Assembly: GCA_035063585.1 (NCBI GenBank)
Contig: JAPSGB010000001.1
Location: 64,001-128,000, forward strand
Reading direction: 5' to 3'
Origin: Polyangiaceae bacterium
GTDB taxonomy: Bacteria; Myxococcota_A; Polyangia; Polyangiales; Polyangiaceae
Length of the DNA stretch: 64,000 bases
A program made the position numbers and the translations under genes. Numbering within the stretch: position 1 is the first letter of the stretch; each line of letters begins with the position of its first letter. Shown here piece by piece: positions 38,286 to 48,059 of the stretch. The notes beneath the pieces are model-generated. The model searched no databases. It was not told the origin of the DNA and was given only the letters and a program-made list of their open reading frames with translations.

Positions 38286-41200
38286 GTGATGTTGCCGAGG
38301 TTCACTCGTCTCTTTGCTTCACTCTCTGTCCTCTTCGTGGTCGCCGGGTGCGGCTCGAACGCCGAGGTCGTCAGCCAAGCGCCCGGCCTCGACGGCTCAC
38401 CGCCGCCGGTCGGCGGCGACGGTGGCTTCGACGCCGGACGCATCGACGCCTCGCCGAATGAAGACGCCGACACGCCCGACGCCGACGCCGAGACTCCGGC
38501 AGTGTGCGGCGACGGCGTGCTCGCGCCCACCGAAGCGTGCGACGACGGCAACCCGATCCCCGGTGACGGCTGCTCCGGCACTTGTACCATCGAGCCCGGC
38601 TACAGCTGCCCCGAGCCCGGCCAGCCCTGCATCTTCGCAGTGCAGATGACCTGCGGCAACGGCAAGATCGAGGGGACGGAGGGCTGCGACGACGACAACA
38701 CCGACGACGGCGACGGTTGCTCGGCAGGCTGCGAGGTAGAGCAGGGCTACGCGTGCGCGACGCCCGGGCAGCCCTGCGAGCCGGTGGTCGCGCCGAGGTG
38801 CGGCGACGGCAAGGTGAACAGCGGCGAGCAGTGCGACGACGGCAACGACCTCGCGAGCGATGGCTGCGACGCGAGCTGCCGGCTCGAGGCGGGCTACACC
38901 TGCCCAGAGCCCGGCAAGGCGTGCGAACCGTTCCGCTACTGCGGCGACGGCATGATCGACGCGAGCGAGGAGTGCGACGACGCGAACTCGCTCCCGGGCG
39001 ACGGCTGCTCGGCGCTCTGCAAGCTCGAAGCGGGCTACGAGTGCCCCACGCCGGGCGCGACGTGCGTGAACCTCTGGGTCTGCGGCAACGGACAAGTCGA
39101 TCCGGGCGAGGCGTGCGACGACCACAACACGAGCGCGAGCGATGGCTGCAGCGCCGACTGCACCTTCGTCGAGCCGGGCTGGACGTGTCCGAATAGTGCG
39201 GGGGCCGGCGGGGCGTGCACGCTGGTTCCCGCCGAGACCTGCGGCAACGGGATCCGCTCGGCGGCCGAGCAGTGCGACGACGGCAACACGAACGACGGCG
39301 ACGGCTGCTCGAAGGCGTGCGTGGTCGAAGCCGGCTGGGACTGCCCGACGCCCGGCGCGACGTGCAAGCTCATCGAGTACTGCGGCGACAAGCTCGTCAC
39401 GCTCGCGATTGGCGAGGACTGTGATGACGGCAACACGACCTCCGGCGACGGTTGCAGCGCGAGCTGCACGCGCGAGCCGAACTGGGCCTGCCCCGATCCA
39501 GGTCAGCCGTGCGTGTCGACGGTGGTGTGCGGGGACAAGAAGATCACCGGGTCCGAGACGTGCGACGACGGCAACCAACTCTCGCGCGACGGTTGCTCGA
39601 GCACCTGCCAGCTCGAGGCCGGGTGGAAGTGCCCGTTGGCGGGGACCCGCTGCGTCGCGACCCGATGCGGCGACGGCATCCTGGCCGGCGAGGAGCAGTG
39701 CGACGACGGAAACACCGCGGGTGACGACGGTTGCTCGACCACCTGTCAGCTCCAGCCGCGGGTGACCACCACCAACCCGACCACCACCCAGCCGGGCGGT
39801 ACGACGACCACGCATTTCAAGTGTCCGACGCCGGGCGTCACCTGCGTGCCAACGGTCTGCGGGGACGGCACCCGCGAGGGGTCCGAGCAGTGCGACTACG
39901 GTGACAACAAGGCTTACGACGGTTGCTCGCCGAGCTGCCTGCTCGAGCCTAGCTGCCCGAACGGAAAGTGCGTGGCCGTGTGCGGCGACGGCATCCTCTT
40001 CGACTTCGACGCCAACGGCGATGGAACGAACGACGAGGAGTGCGACGACGGCAACACCGTGAGCGGCGACGGCTGTTCGAGCGCGTGCAAGGTCGAGCTG
40101 GGGTATAGCTGCATCGCGCAGGCGGACGGCGCGCCGGCCTTCCTCGATCTCCCCGCGACCCTCCGCGATTTCAAGTACTACAACACGACGAACGGCCACC
40201 CGGACTTCGAGCAGTACTCGGGCAGCGGGCAGACGGGGCTCGTCAAGGACAACCTGAGCGCCGGCACCTGGGGGATCCCGGTCTTCAACAAGTCCGGGAC
40301 GGGCCCGCAGATCACCAGCGCGGACTCCTTCAGCGACTGGTACTCGGACACGACGGGCAAGAATCGCAGTAGGCGCATCGACGGCCTCTCCGTGCGGCTG
40401 ACTCGCCAAGCGAACGGCTCGTACGTCTTCAACAGCGCGACCGACCAGCCCTACAAGACGAAGGGGGCGCGCTACCCGGTCACGGCGAACAAGGGGCTCT
40501 TCCTCCCGATCGACGGGATGGGCTGGGGTAATCAGCCGGCTGGTAGCCCTCAGGACAACAATTCGAACTTCGGGTTCACGACGGAGATCCGCTACTGGTT
40601 CACTTACGATAGCGGCGTCCAACCGACACTCACCTTCCAGGGCGACGACGACGTCTGGGTCTTCGTCAACGGCCGGCTGATGGTCGATCTCGGCGGGCTC
40701 CACGCGCAGCTCACCGGCTCGGTGACGCTGACCCCGGCGGTCGCGGCGAGTCTCGGCCTCGTGAACCGACAACTCTACGAGGTCGCGCTCTTCCACGCCG
40801 AGCGGCGCTCCTACGGTTCGAACTTCTGGCTCACCCTCCGCGGCTTCGACAAGAAGCACTCGGTGTGCACGGAGGTGTGCGGAGACGGCGTACGCACCGC
40901 CGGCGAGCAGTGCGACGACGGCGCGGCCAACACGAACAGCGGCGCATACGGCTCCTGCACGACCTCGTGCCAGCTCGGCCCGTACTGCGGCGACGCCACC
41001 GTGCAAGCGGCGGGCGGCGAGCAGTGCGACGACGGCGTCAACGCCACCACCTATGGCGGCACGAGCAAGAAGTGCGGCCCCGGCTGCAGGTTCGCGCCGT
41101 ACTGCGGGGATACCGTCATCTCGAACGGTGAGTCGTGCGACGAAGGCGCCGCGAACGGAAGCGGGTACGGCCACTGCAGCGGTTCATGCGGGCTCGGGCC

Positions 41201-42143
41201 GCGCTGCGGCGACGGCGTCGTGCAGGCCGCCGCGAGCGAGCAGTGCGACGATGGCGTCGCCAACGGGACGAGCGGCAGCGGCTGCAAGAGCGACTGCACC
41301 AACAAGTGCGGCGACGGCAACGTCGACCCGGGCGAGCAGTGCGACCTCGGCGCCGCGAGCAACACCGGCGGCTACGGCGGCTGCACGCCCGAGTGCCGGC
41401 GCGGTCCACGCTGCGGTGACGGCATCAAGAACGGCGGCGAGCAGTGCGACGACGGAAAGAACGATGGGAGCTACGGCACCTGCAAGGCGGACTGCTCGTT
41501 CGCCGGATACTGCGGCGACGGGACTCCCCAGAGCCCGCCCGAGACGTGCGATGAGGGCGCCTCGAACAGCTCGAGCGCCTATGGCGCCAGCCTCTGCACG
41601 ACCGCTTGCAAGCCCGCACCGTACTGCGGCGACCATGCCGTCGACGGGGTCCACGGAGAGACGTGCGACGACGGGGTGAACAGCGGGCAGCCGGGCTCGT
41701 GCAGCGTCGATTGCAAGGGCTTCATCCCGCTCCCGAGCTGCGGCAACGGCGCGCTCGACTCGGGCGAACAGTGCGACGACGGCGCAAACAACGGGAAATC
41801 CGGGAGCACCTGCGACGCCCACTGCAAGCTGAAGTGCGGCAATGGGATGAAGGACTCGGGCGAAGCCTGCGACGACGGCAAGAACACCGGCGCCTACGGC
41901 ACCTGTAACCCCGACTGCACGCTCCCCGGCTACTGCGGCGACGGGGTCAAGAATGGCCCGGAGCTCTGCGACAACGGGGCAAACAACGCCGCGCCCCAGA
42001 GCGCCTACGGCCCGAACGTGTGCACCACGGTCTGCCGCTTCGCGGCGTACTGCGGCGACGGGCGTGTCGACGCCGCCTTCGGCGAGGAGTGCGACGGCGG
42101 CTGGAACTGCAGCGTCGCCTGCAAGGCGACCGGACCGCGCTGA
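38286..42143 (+). CDS. Lipoprotein with Myxococcus cysteine-rich (DUF4215) repeats and a fibro-slime/PA14-like domain
   Basis: Lipobox VAGC; many CGDG..E.CDDGN...DGCS..C repeats; LRDF..HPDFE, NFGFTTE, GDDDVWVFVNG, FHAER. Confidence 0.92.
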   Translation: MMLPRFTRLFASLSVLFVVAGCGSNAEVVSQAPGLDGSPPPVGGDGGFDAGRIDASPNEDADTPDADAETPAVCGDGVLAPTEACDDGNPIPGDGCSGTCTIEPGYSCPEPGQPCIFAVQMTCGNGKIEGTEGCDDDNTDDGDGCSAGCEVEQGYACATPGQPCEPVVAPRCGDGKVNSGEQCDDGNDLASDGCDASCRLEAGYTCPEPGKACEPFRYCGDGMIDASEECDDANSLPGDGCSALCKLEAGYECPTPGATCVNLWVCGNGQVDPGEACDDHNTSASDGCSADCTFVEPGWTCPNSAGAGGACTLVPAETCGNGIRSAAEQCDDGNTNDGDGCSKACVVEAGWDCPTPGATCKLIEYCGDKLVTLAIGEDCDDGNTTSGDGCSASCTREPNWACPDPGQPCVSTVVCGDKKITGSETCDDGNQLSRDGCSSTCQLEAGWKCPLAGTRCVATRCGDGILAGEEQCDDGNTAGDDGCSTTCQLQPRVTTTNPTTTQPGGTTTTHFKCPTPGVTCVPTVCGDGTREGSEQCDYGDNKAYDGCSPSCLLEPSCPNGKCVAVCGDGILFDFDANGDGTNDEECDDGNTVSGDGCSSACKVELGYSCIAQADGAPAFLDLPATLRDFKYYNTTNGHPDFEQYSGSGQTGLVKDNLSAGTWGIPVFNKSGTGPQITSADSFSDWYSDTTGKNRSRRIDGLSVRLTRQANGSYVFNSATDQPYKTKGARYPVTANKGLFLPIDGMGWGNQPAGSPQDNNSNFGFTTEIRYWFTYDSGVQPTLTFQGDDDVWVFVNGRLMVDLGGLHAQLTGSVTLTPAVAASLGLVNRQLYEVALFHAERRSYGSNFWLTLRGFDKKHSVCTEVCGDGVRTAGEQCDDGAANTNSGAYGSCTTSCQLGPYCGDATVQAAGGEQCDDGVNATTYGGTSKKCGPGCRFAPYCGDTVISNGESCDEGAANGSGYGHCSGSCGLGPRCGDGVVQAAASEQCDDGVANGTSGSGCKSDCTNKCGDGNVDPGEQCDLGAASNTGGYGGCTPECRRGPRCGDGIKNGGEQCDDGKNDGSYGTCKADCSFAGYCGDGTPQSPPETCDEGASNSSSAYGASLCTTACKPAPYCGDHAVDGVHGETCDDGVNSGQPGSCSVDCKGFIPLPSCGNGALDSGEQCDDGANNGKSGSTCDAHCKLKCGNGMKDSGEACDDGKNTGAYGTCNPDCTLPGYCGDGVKNGPELCDNGANNAAPQSAYGPNVCTTVCRFAAYCGDGRVDAAFGEECDGGWNCSVACKATGPR

Positions 42144-42275
42144 GCCGCACGCCGGAGGCTATCGCGGTCCGAGCCGGTCGAACCGCGCCGGCGCGGCGCG
42201 GCTCGCCGCCTCGCCGGCGGGCGCGGGCGGGCTACGACTCACGAGGGCTGGTCGCTTCGGCAGTCAGCCCGCTCG

Positions 42276-43739
42276 TCAACCTGGAGGACAGCTCCTTCGA
42301 TACACTGCCGAAGCGAGATGGGCGGCGAGCTCCATCTGCCCAAAGCTCGTCCGATTGTAGGTCAGCGTCGGATTGCACTTCTTGGCTCGAATCGCCGTGA
42401 GCAGGGCGTCGCCGAGGTCGAAGACGCCGTCGTCGCGCTCGGCGAGCACGATCCAGCCGTGGTAGATCGCGCCGGTCCGGTCCGGCCCGCGTGATTCGAA
42501 CGTGCACTGCGAGCCATCGATGAAATTGCGGATCCTCGGATCCTCGGGATCGCCGTTATAGAGCACCTTCGTCAAGAGGTTCGCGAGACCGGTGAGCTGC
42601 GCCGGTTGCACGACGAAGCCGGCTCGCGCGGCGTCGAGCGCGAAGCGCGGATGACGATTCGCGTGTGAGGTGTCCATCGAGCGGCAGTTGTACCAACCAA
42701 CGCCGACATCCCAGGTGAGCGCGCCCGAGACCACGGGCGGCGGAGATGCCGGCCGAGCGCCACATACGACCGTACCGCCGCTGTCGCTGCACGGGCCGCT
42801 CCCGGTGGCCGGACAGGATTGCGCGTTCGCCGCATCGTAAGGGGCGATGCGGTTCGCGAAGCTGGTCGCAATCGTGGTGATCCAGGGAGAGTAGTCCGGC
42901 TCCGCGGGAAGCGCTCCAAGCGCTCCTGCGATGCGCTGGAGCTCGATGAGGATCCGCCCGAGGAGCACGCTCTTGTCGCTCAACGGGCTCGTGTAATCGT
43001 CCGCATCGCTCAAGAGATACGAAATGCTCTTGCGGTGGGCCCACTTGCCTACGATGTGCCGCACGACGAACCTACGTACCTCGATGGCAATCGCTCGATC
43101 GGCCGGCGGGCTCGACGGATCGAGCAGCACGAGCCGTGCGAGGCGCGCAAGCTCGGTAGCTCCCTGAAAATCGTCGAGCAGATACGAGGTCGTCGGCACC
43201 GGACATCCGCCGTCCGTCGCCGTACCCCCGTCGAAATCCACCGTGTCGCAGGAGGGACCTGCCCAGCTCGCGAAGCCTGCGTTGTCGATGTGCGTGGCCT
43301 TCGACATCATCGTCTGGGCCCACGCGAGGGCTCGCGCGAGATAGCCGTGGTCACCGGTCGCTTCGTACATCGACAGCGTCGCATCGAGGACGTACTGGAA
43401 CGTGTAATAGTCCTCGCCATCACCGCTCGATGCCATCCGGTCGAGCTCCGAGACGTTGTCGGCATAGACGGCGTCATGAATTGCGCGATACGAGGCGATG
43501 CGCGCGGCAGGCTCGGTTGGAGGCTCGCATCGTCCGGAGCTTGCGCCGTCGCTCGCGCTCGCGTCGGCGGCGTCCTCGAGGTTCGCGGCGTCGTCGCCCA
43601 CGACGCCGCCCGCGTCTCGGAGTGGGCCGTCGGCCGCGGCGTCCGCGGTCCTCGATGAGTCGAGCCCGGGAGTCGAGCTGGAGCACCCGATGAGCGCGGC
43701 CAGCCAATACGACCACCTAAGATGTCTCACGCGAGACAT
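42276..43739 (-). CDS. Hypothetical lipoprotein, possible alpha/alpha toroid fold
   Basis: Lipobox LIGC, Asp/Ala linker, helix pair MYEATGDHGYLARALAWA. Confidence 0.6.
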   Translation of the reverse strand: MSRVRHLRWSYWLAALIGCSSSTPGLDSSRTADAAADGPLRDAGGVVGDDAANLEDAADASASDGASSGRCEPPTEPAARIASYRAIHDAVYADNVSELDRMASSGDGEDYYTFQYVLDATLSMYEATGDHGYLARALAWAQTMMSKATHIDNAGFASWAGPSCDTVDFDGGTATDGGCPVPTTSYLLDDFQGATELARLARLVLLDPSSPPADRAIAIEVRRFVVRHIVGKWAHRKSISYLLSDADDYTSPLSDKSVLLGRILIELQRIAGALGALPAEPDYSPWITTIATSFANRIAPYDAANAQSCPATGSGPCSDSGGTVVCGARPASPPPVVSGALTWDVGVGWYNCRSMDTSHANRHPRFALDAARAGFVVQPAQLTGLANLLTKVLYNGDPEDPRIRNFIDGSQCTFESRGPDRTGAIYHGWIVLAERDDGVFDLGDALLTAIRAKKCNPTLTYNRTSFGQMELAAHLASAVYRRSCPPG

Positions 43740-43873
43740 GGTCGCCAATTTTTCCGTGATAGGCCACTCGCTTCGCAAATGAACGCGAACGGGCGCCCGG
43801 CAGCTCGCTCGCTGCGGCGAAGCTGCCTCCTCGGATAATTGACGACGGCGAGGTAGCCTGTAAGCTCGGCAGC

Positions 43874-44890
43874 ATGCACGGCGATGCTCTATTGAGCGTT
43901 CTGCTCGCAGGCGGGCTCTCCTTCGCCGCTGCCCTCGGATGTAGCAGTGAGGACGCTGGCACCACGGCGGGAGACAGCGGGCCGACGGCGACGGAGGCCG
44001 GAGACGACGCTCGCGACGACACCGCTCGCGAGGACGCCGCTGGCAACGACGCTGGCGACGATGCCGCTCGCGAGGACGCCGGGCTCGACGCGAGCGAGGA
44101 CGCGGACGACGGTGGCACCGGAGGTGACGCGTCCGACGGTGAGGTCACTCCGCCGGGCTTTCCCTGGGGCGGCGCCATCGATCCGAACGGCGATCCCTCG
44201 TCGGCACGCGAGGTGGCGCGCCCACTCGGTTCGACGAGCGCACCGCAAGGCTTCTACGAGTACACCCCGGCCGGCTACCCCGGGAGCGCCAAGTGGCCGC
44301 TGCTCATCGCGCTGCACGGCGTCGGTGAGAACGGCAACGGCGCGAGCGAGCTCGACGAGCTCAGGGACACCGGCCTCGGCCACCTGATCGGGCGCGACAA
44401 ATGGCCGAATGACCGGCCCTTCGTCGTGCTGAGGCCTCAGCATGCTGGCGGCGGTTGCCCCAGCTCTAGCGAAATCCACGCGTTCATCACCTGGGGGCTC
44501 GAGAACTACGCGATCGATCCTCACTATGTGTACCTGACCGGGCTGAGCTGCGGCGCGATCGGCTCGTGGTCGTACCTGGCCAATCACCTCGACGCCCAGA
44601 TCGCCGCGTTCGTCTCGATCGCCGGAAACGGTAAGAGCGCCTGGAACAGCAAAGGCTGCGATCTCGGCAAGGTCGCCATCTGGGCGTTTCACGGTGACGC
44701 CGATCCGACGGTGGACGTATCAGGCACCAACGTGCCGCTCGATGGGCTCGCGGGGTGTCCCGCTCCGCCGGCGCTCGAGTCGAAGAAGACGATCTACCCC
44801 GGCGTCGGACACGACTCGTGGAGCCGGACCTACGACGGCTCGGCCGGGCACGACGTCTTCTCGTGGATGCTCGGGTTCAAGAGGCCCTGA
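43874..44890 (+). CDS. Lipoprotein alpha/beta hydrolase (esterase/peptidase-like)
   Basis: Lipobox ALGC; LHGVGE, TGLSCGA (GxSxG), FHGDAD, GVGHDSW. Confidence 0.85.
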   Translation: MHGDALLSVLLAGGLSFAAALGCSSEDAGTTAGDSGPTATEAGDDARDDTAREDAAGNDAGDDAAREDAGLDASEDADDGGTGGDASDGEVTPPGFPWGGAIDPNGDPSSAREVARPLGSTSAPQGFYEYTPAGYPGSAKWPLLIALHGVGENGNGASELDELRDTGLGHLIGRDKWPNDRPFVVLRPQHAGGGCPSSSEIHAFITWGLENYAIDPHYVYLTGLSCGAIGSWSYLANHLDAQIAAFVSIAGNGKSAWNSKGCDLGKVAIWAFHGDADPTVDVSGTNVPLDGLAGCPAPPALESKKTIYPGVGHDSWSRTYDGSAGHDVFSWMLGFKRP

Positions 44891-45062
44891 GCCGCCGCGG
44901 CGCATGGGCCGCTCCAGCCGGAGACCCTCGCGACCGCAGCCTCGGGCGGCCGCGCCAGCGGCGTGCGCACGGCTAGAACCCTCGCGGTCACGCCTGCCGC
45001 TCCCGCCCGCGCGCCCCGCGCCTCGTGCCCCGAGCGCCTCGCGAGGCGCCGGGGACGTTCGG

Positions 45063-45135
45063 TGGGCCATGAAGGACTTGAACCTTCAGCCAACGGATTA
45101 AGAGTCCGCTGCTCTACCAATTGAGCTAATGGCCC
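45063..45135 (-). tRNA. tRNA-Lys(CTT)
   Basis: GGGCCATTAGCTCAATTGGTAGAGCAGCGGACT-CTT-AATCCGTTGGCTGAAGGTTCAAGTCCTTCATGGCCCA forms a cloverleaf; CCA not fully encoded. Confidence 0.96.
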
Positions 45136-45173
45136 GTCGGCCGCTCGCTCCGCGAGCGACGTTCGGAGCGCCG

Positions 45174-45201
45174 CAATTACCACGGTGAGTCACCACGTCA
45201 A
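45174..45201 (-). promoter_or_regulatory. Candidate sigma70 promoter of tRNA-Lys
   Basis: TTGACG-N16-TAATTG. Confidence 0.4.
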
Positions 45202-45327
45202 GAGCGCTCTTCCGGCGCGACGCCCGGCGCGCGGGCCGCGCGGTTCCGCGCCGGGCCAACCCCCCCCCAGGTGGGGAGGGGCTGGCTGGGGTGTCGGAGC
45301 GGCGCGGTAGCTCGCGGGGCGAGCGCG

Positions 45328-47061
45328 TCACTTCGGCGGCGGCGGAGGCGGCGCGATCGCCTGGAGGTTCGAGCCGCCCGGGTACTGGTAGCTCGTGTAC
45401 TTGCCGTAGCCCATCACCTGGATGCCGACCGGCTTGTCGGAGATGAGCAGGTGCGCGCCCTGAGCGCCGGGGCCGAGCTTCACGCGGGAGATGCCGAAGT
45501 TCGAGCTGATGGCGGTGGCGGCGGGCACCGCCATGCCGTCGACGAGCACGTTCGCGCCGGCCGGCATCACGACGTCGACGTAGCTCGTCGGGTAGTCGTC
45601 GGGGGCGAGGAACACATACTTCGAGCGATACTGCTCGACCGCGGTCGAGGAGCTCGCCGCGGGATCGCCGAGGCCTTGCAGCGGGCTCAGGATCGCGCCG
45701 CCGAGCATGAACGAGCCGACCGCGAACTCGTGATCGCCCACGATCTCGAAGGGGTTGTTGACGCGGCCCATGTCGACGACCTGCCCGGCGTTGATCATGT
45801 CGGGCGCCTTGGGCGGCTTGAAACCCGGGTAGGTGAGCTTGGTGCCGTTCACGTTGCCGTAGATGCGAACGATGTGACCCGGCGCGTTCCCTGCGGGGCC
45901 GGTCGGCGGCACCACGAAATAGTGCTGCCCGAGCGTCTCGGCGGGAAACACCGACTCCTCGATGTGATCGCACGCCTGCGTCCCGATGGGCTGCTGGGTG
46001 CAGGGCACGCCGTGGATGACCTGGATCGGCTTGTCGGCTTGCACGAGCGAACCGCTGAGATCGCCATCCGCGCTGCCGAGCACCTGGACGACGTCACCCT
46101 GGTTCATGGTGAACTTCGCGGTCCCGTTCTTCGGCGTGGCCGGGATGCCGCCGCCCGCGACGATCTGACCGGTCGCCGAGACGCTCACGGTGACGCTAGT
46201 CGCGTCCTCCGTCGCGGTGATGGCGAAGTAGGAGCCCATACTCACGGCGGGCCAGCCCTTCTGACCCGTGATGCGGTAGTTGCCGGTCAGCACCTGCGTC
46301 GGCAGGAGCAGCGAGGCGTCGTTCGAGTACGAGAAGCAACCGATGGGTGTATTGCCGTTGTCCGCGCAGCGCAGGTTGCCGGGGCATGAGCTCCAATCCT
46401 TCCCGGCCTCGCCGCCGGAGGGCTGGTACTCGAGCGCGTTGAACTGATACACGGTGACCGGTAGCGTGCTCGTGAGGTGATACGCGCCACCCGCCGCGTT
46501 CACGGTAGCCGAGAGTGGCGTCGCGACGCCGCACTCGTTGCTGTCAGGGCCCTTCAGCTCGGAGACCCACGGCAAGTAGAACTTCTTGAGACCGTTCGAG
46601 GGGACCGTGCCGGTGAACGTCTGCCCGGCGCGCTCGATGGTCACCTCGGCGTCGGCGTCACCCGCGTTCGCCACGATGACCGCGTAGTCGAAGATGCTCC
46701 AGACGTTGTTCGCGACCACCGTCGGCCAGAAGTCGCAACCGACGTAGGACTTCGCCTGCTCCGCCTCCGCGCAAGTCTTCGGGTTGATCTCGACGGCGGT
46801 GCCGCCACCCGTCCCACCGGTGTTGCCGCCAGCGTCGAAGTCGAAGCCGCCCCCGCCCGTGCCCGTGCTGCCACCCACGCCGGGCGTTCCGCTGGAGCCG
46901 GGCGTCCCAGCAAAACCCCCGGTGCCTGGGCCTCCGCCCGTAGCCGTGCCTCCGCCGGTCCCGATCGACGAACCGGTGCCCGTTCCCGAGCACGCGAGCG
47001 CCGCGCCCAGCGACACGCCACCGATGATGAAGAGAGTTGAACCACGCCGCGCGATGCTCAT
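45328..47061 (-). CDS. Lipoprotein with IgGFc-binding-protein N-terminal-like domain
   Basis: GGAGG ribosome-binding site; lipobox ALAC; Gly/Thr linker; SYVGCDFW, SNDASLLLPT, ACDHIEE, SYQYPGG. Confidence 0.85.
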   Translation of the reverse strand: MSIARRGSTLFIIGGVSLGAALACSGTGTGSSIGTGGGTATGGGPGTGGFAGTPGSSGTPGVGGSTGTGGGGFDFDAGGNTGGTGGGTAVEINPKTCAEAEQAKSYVGCDFWPTVVANNVWSIFDYAVIVANAGDADAEVTIERAGQTFTGTVPSNGLKKFYLPWVSELKGPDSNECGVATPLSATVNAAGGAYHLTSTLPVTVYQFNALEYQPSGGEAGKDWSSCPGNLRCADNGNTPIGCFSYSNDASLLLPTQVLTGNYRITGQKGWPAVSMGSYFAITATEDATSVTVSVSATGQIVAGGGIPATPKNGTAKFTMNQGDVVQVLGSADGDLSGSLVQADKPIQVIHGVPCTQQPIGTQACDHIEESVFPAETLGQHYFVVPPTGPAGNAPGHIVRIYGNVNGTKLTYPGFKPPKAPDMINAGQVVDMGRVNNPFEIVGDHEFAVGSFMLGGAILSPLQGLGDPAASSSTAVEQYRSKYVFLAPDDYPTSYVDVVMPAGANVLVDGMAVPAATAISSNFGISRVKLGPGAQGAHLLISDKPVGIQVMGYGKYTSYQYPGGSNLQAIAPPPPPPK

Positions 47062-47293
47062 CGACGATCCTCCGGAGGTCGGATGAGGACGGTGTAGCAT
47101 GGAGCCAGGCGGGACGCGCAGAAGCGCACGCCGCTCGGAGATGAGCGCGGCCCTCGCGGCGCGGATGTTCGGCGCGCCACGAGAGCCGCGAGAGTGCAAG
47201 GTTACGGCGAGAGAAGAAGCTGGGAGACCGGCGCGCGAGCGCCCCGTGCCGTGGAGCGCGGGAGCGACGGGGAGGGTCGCTCACCGCGGGCTT

Positions 47294-47335
47294 GCGCGCC
47301 TCGCAGGATTCGAACCTGCGACCACCGGATTCGAA
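47294..47335 (-). repeat. att direct repeat: displaced 3' half of tRNA-Arg(TCG)
   Basis: 42 bp, 41/42 identical to 50801-50842, ending in the anticodon loop. Confidence 0.92.
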
Positions 47336-47637
47336 CGGGTCATCGCGAAGGCGGTCGAGCTGGACCTCGCGGTCGAGCTCGCGCCGCGTCGCAGCCAGGC
47401 CCCGCACGCCGACGCGCAGCGGGCGATCGCTGCCGGCGCGTACAGCGCCCGGGCCAGCGCCCTCGGGCCCACCCCGTACCACCGCCGCCGCAAGAGCCCG
47501 CGCGGCCCAACCACGCGCACCGCCCGGCAGCGGTAGCGCCGCAGCGCGATCACGACCTATGCCGGAGCCTGCCAAGGAGCGCCTGGCTCGCGAACCTGGC
47601 GCTCGACGACGCCGTGCCCGACCGCGACCACCGGGCA
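47336..47637 (-). pseudogene. Remnant of a transposon-associated Zn-ribbon-like ORF
   Basis: Frame reads GHGVVERQVREP...*VVIALRRYRCRAVRVVGPRGLLRRRWY with an in-frame TAG at 47557-47559. Family resemblance is from memory. Confidence 0.5.
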
Positions 47638-47752
47638 CGACCCATACGACCTCCCCTTCCGGCTCGTCCTGCGCGCCAAACCGCGATGCCCCTCGCCCGT
47701 CGGGTCGAATAGTCGCCCGCGCGCGGTCAGCTACGTGACGCGGTAACGGCCT

Positions 47753-48049
47753 CTACCGGCAATATGCCCCGTTCCACTTGATGCCAGCGTCCCATTCGAT
47801 TGGATAGCAAACGCCGTGGTAGCAAAGTTCCAGGGGTGCACAAGTGATCGTACCAGGAGAGCCGTTCACAGTAATACTACAAGAGTCACCAGCGGAGCTT
47901 CCAACGATGATGACGGGGGTTTCAGTTCCTGACTGGTCAGCGCAAAATAACTGCCCCGGCGTGCAGGCCGAGCACGGCGTCCCGTGCTGCGCGGAGTCAC
48001 CGCCGCTGCTACACGAGAACACGCTCGCGATGGCGAGCGCTATCGCCAT
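47753..48049 (-). CDS. Small Cys-rich putative lipoprotein (island cargo)
   Basis: MAIALAIASVFSC lipobox-like start, many Cys. Alternative start 48079. Confidence 0.6.
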   Translation of the reverse strand: MAIALAIASVFSCSSGGDSAQHGTPCSACTPGQLFCADQSGTETPVIIVGSSAGDSCSITVNGSPGTITCAPLELCYHGVCYPIEWDAGIKWNGAYCR

Positions 48050-48059
48050 CACCTGCGCT

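Noticed and set aside
38500..42100. Periodic GAGCAGTGCGACGACGGC repeats that superficially resemble a CRISPR array
   Set aside because: They encode E.CDDG Cys-rich protein repeats in frame, vary at wobble positions, and no cas genes are present.
42150..45063. Island integrated at tRNA-Lys
   Set aside because: No duplicated tRNA-Lys 3' end or integrase was found by eye.
47294..47335. A second tRNA-Arg gene
   Set aside because: Only the 3' half is present; it is interpreted as an att site.
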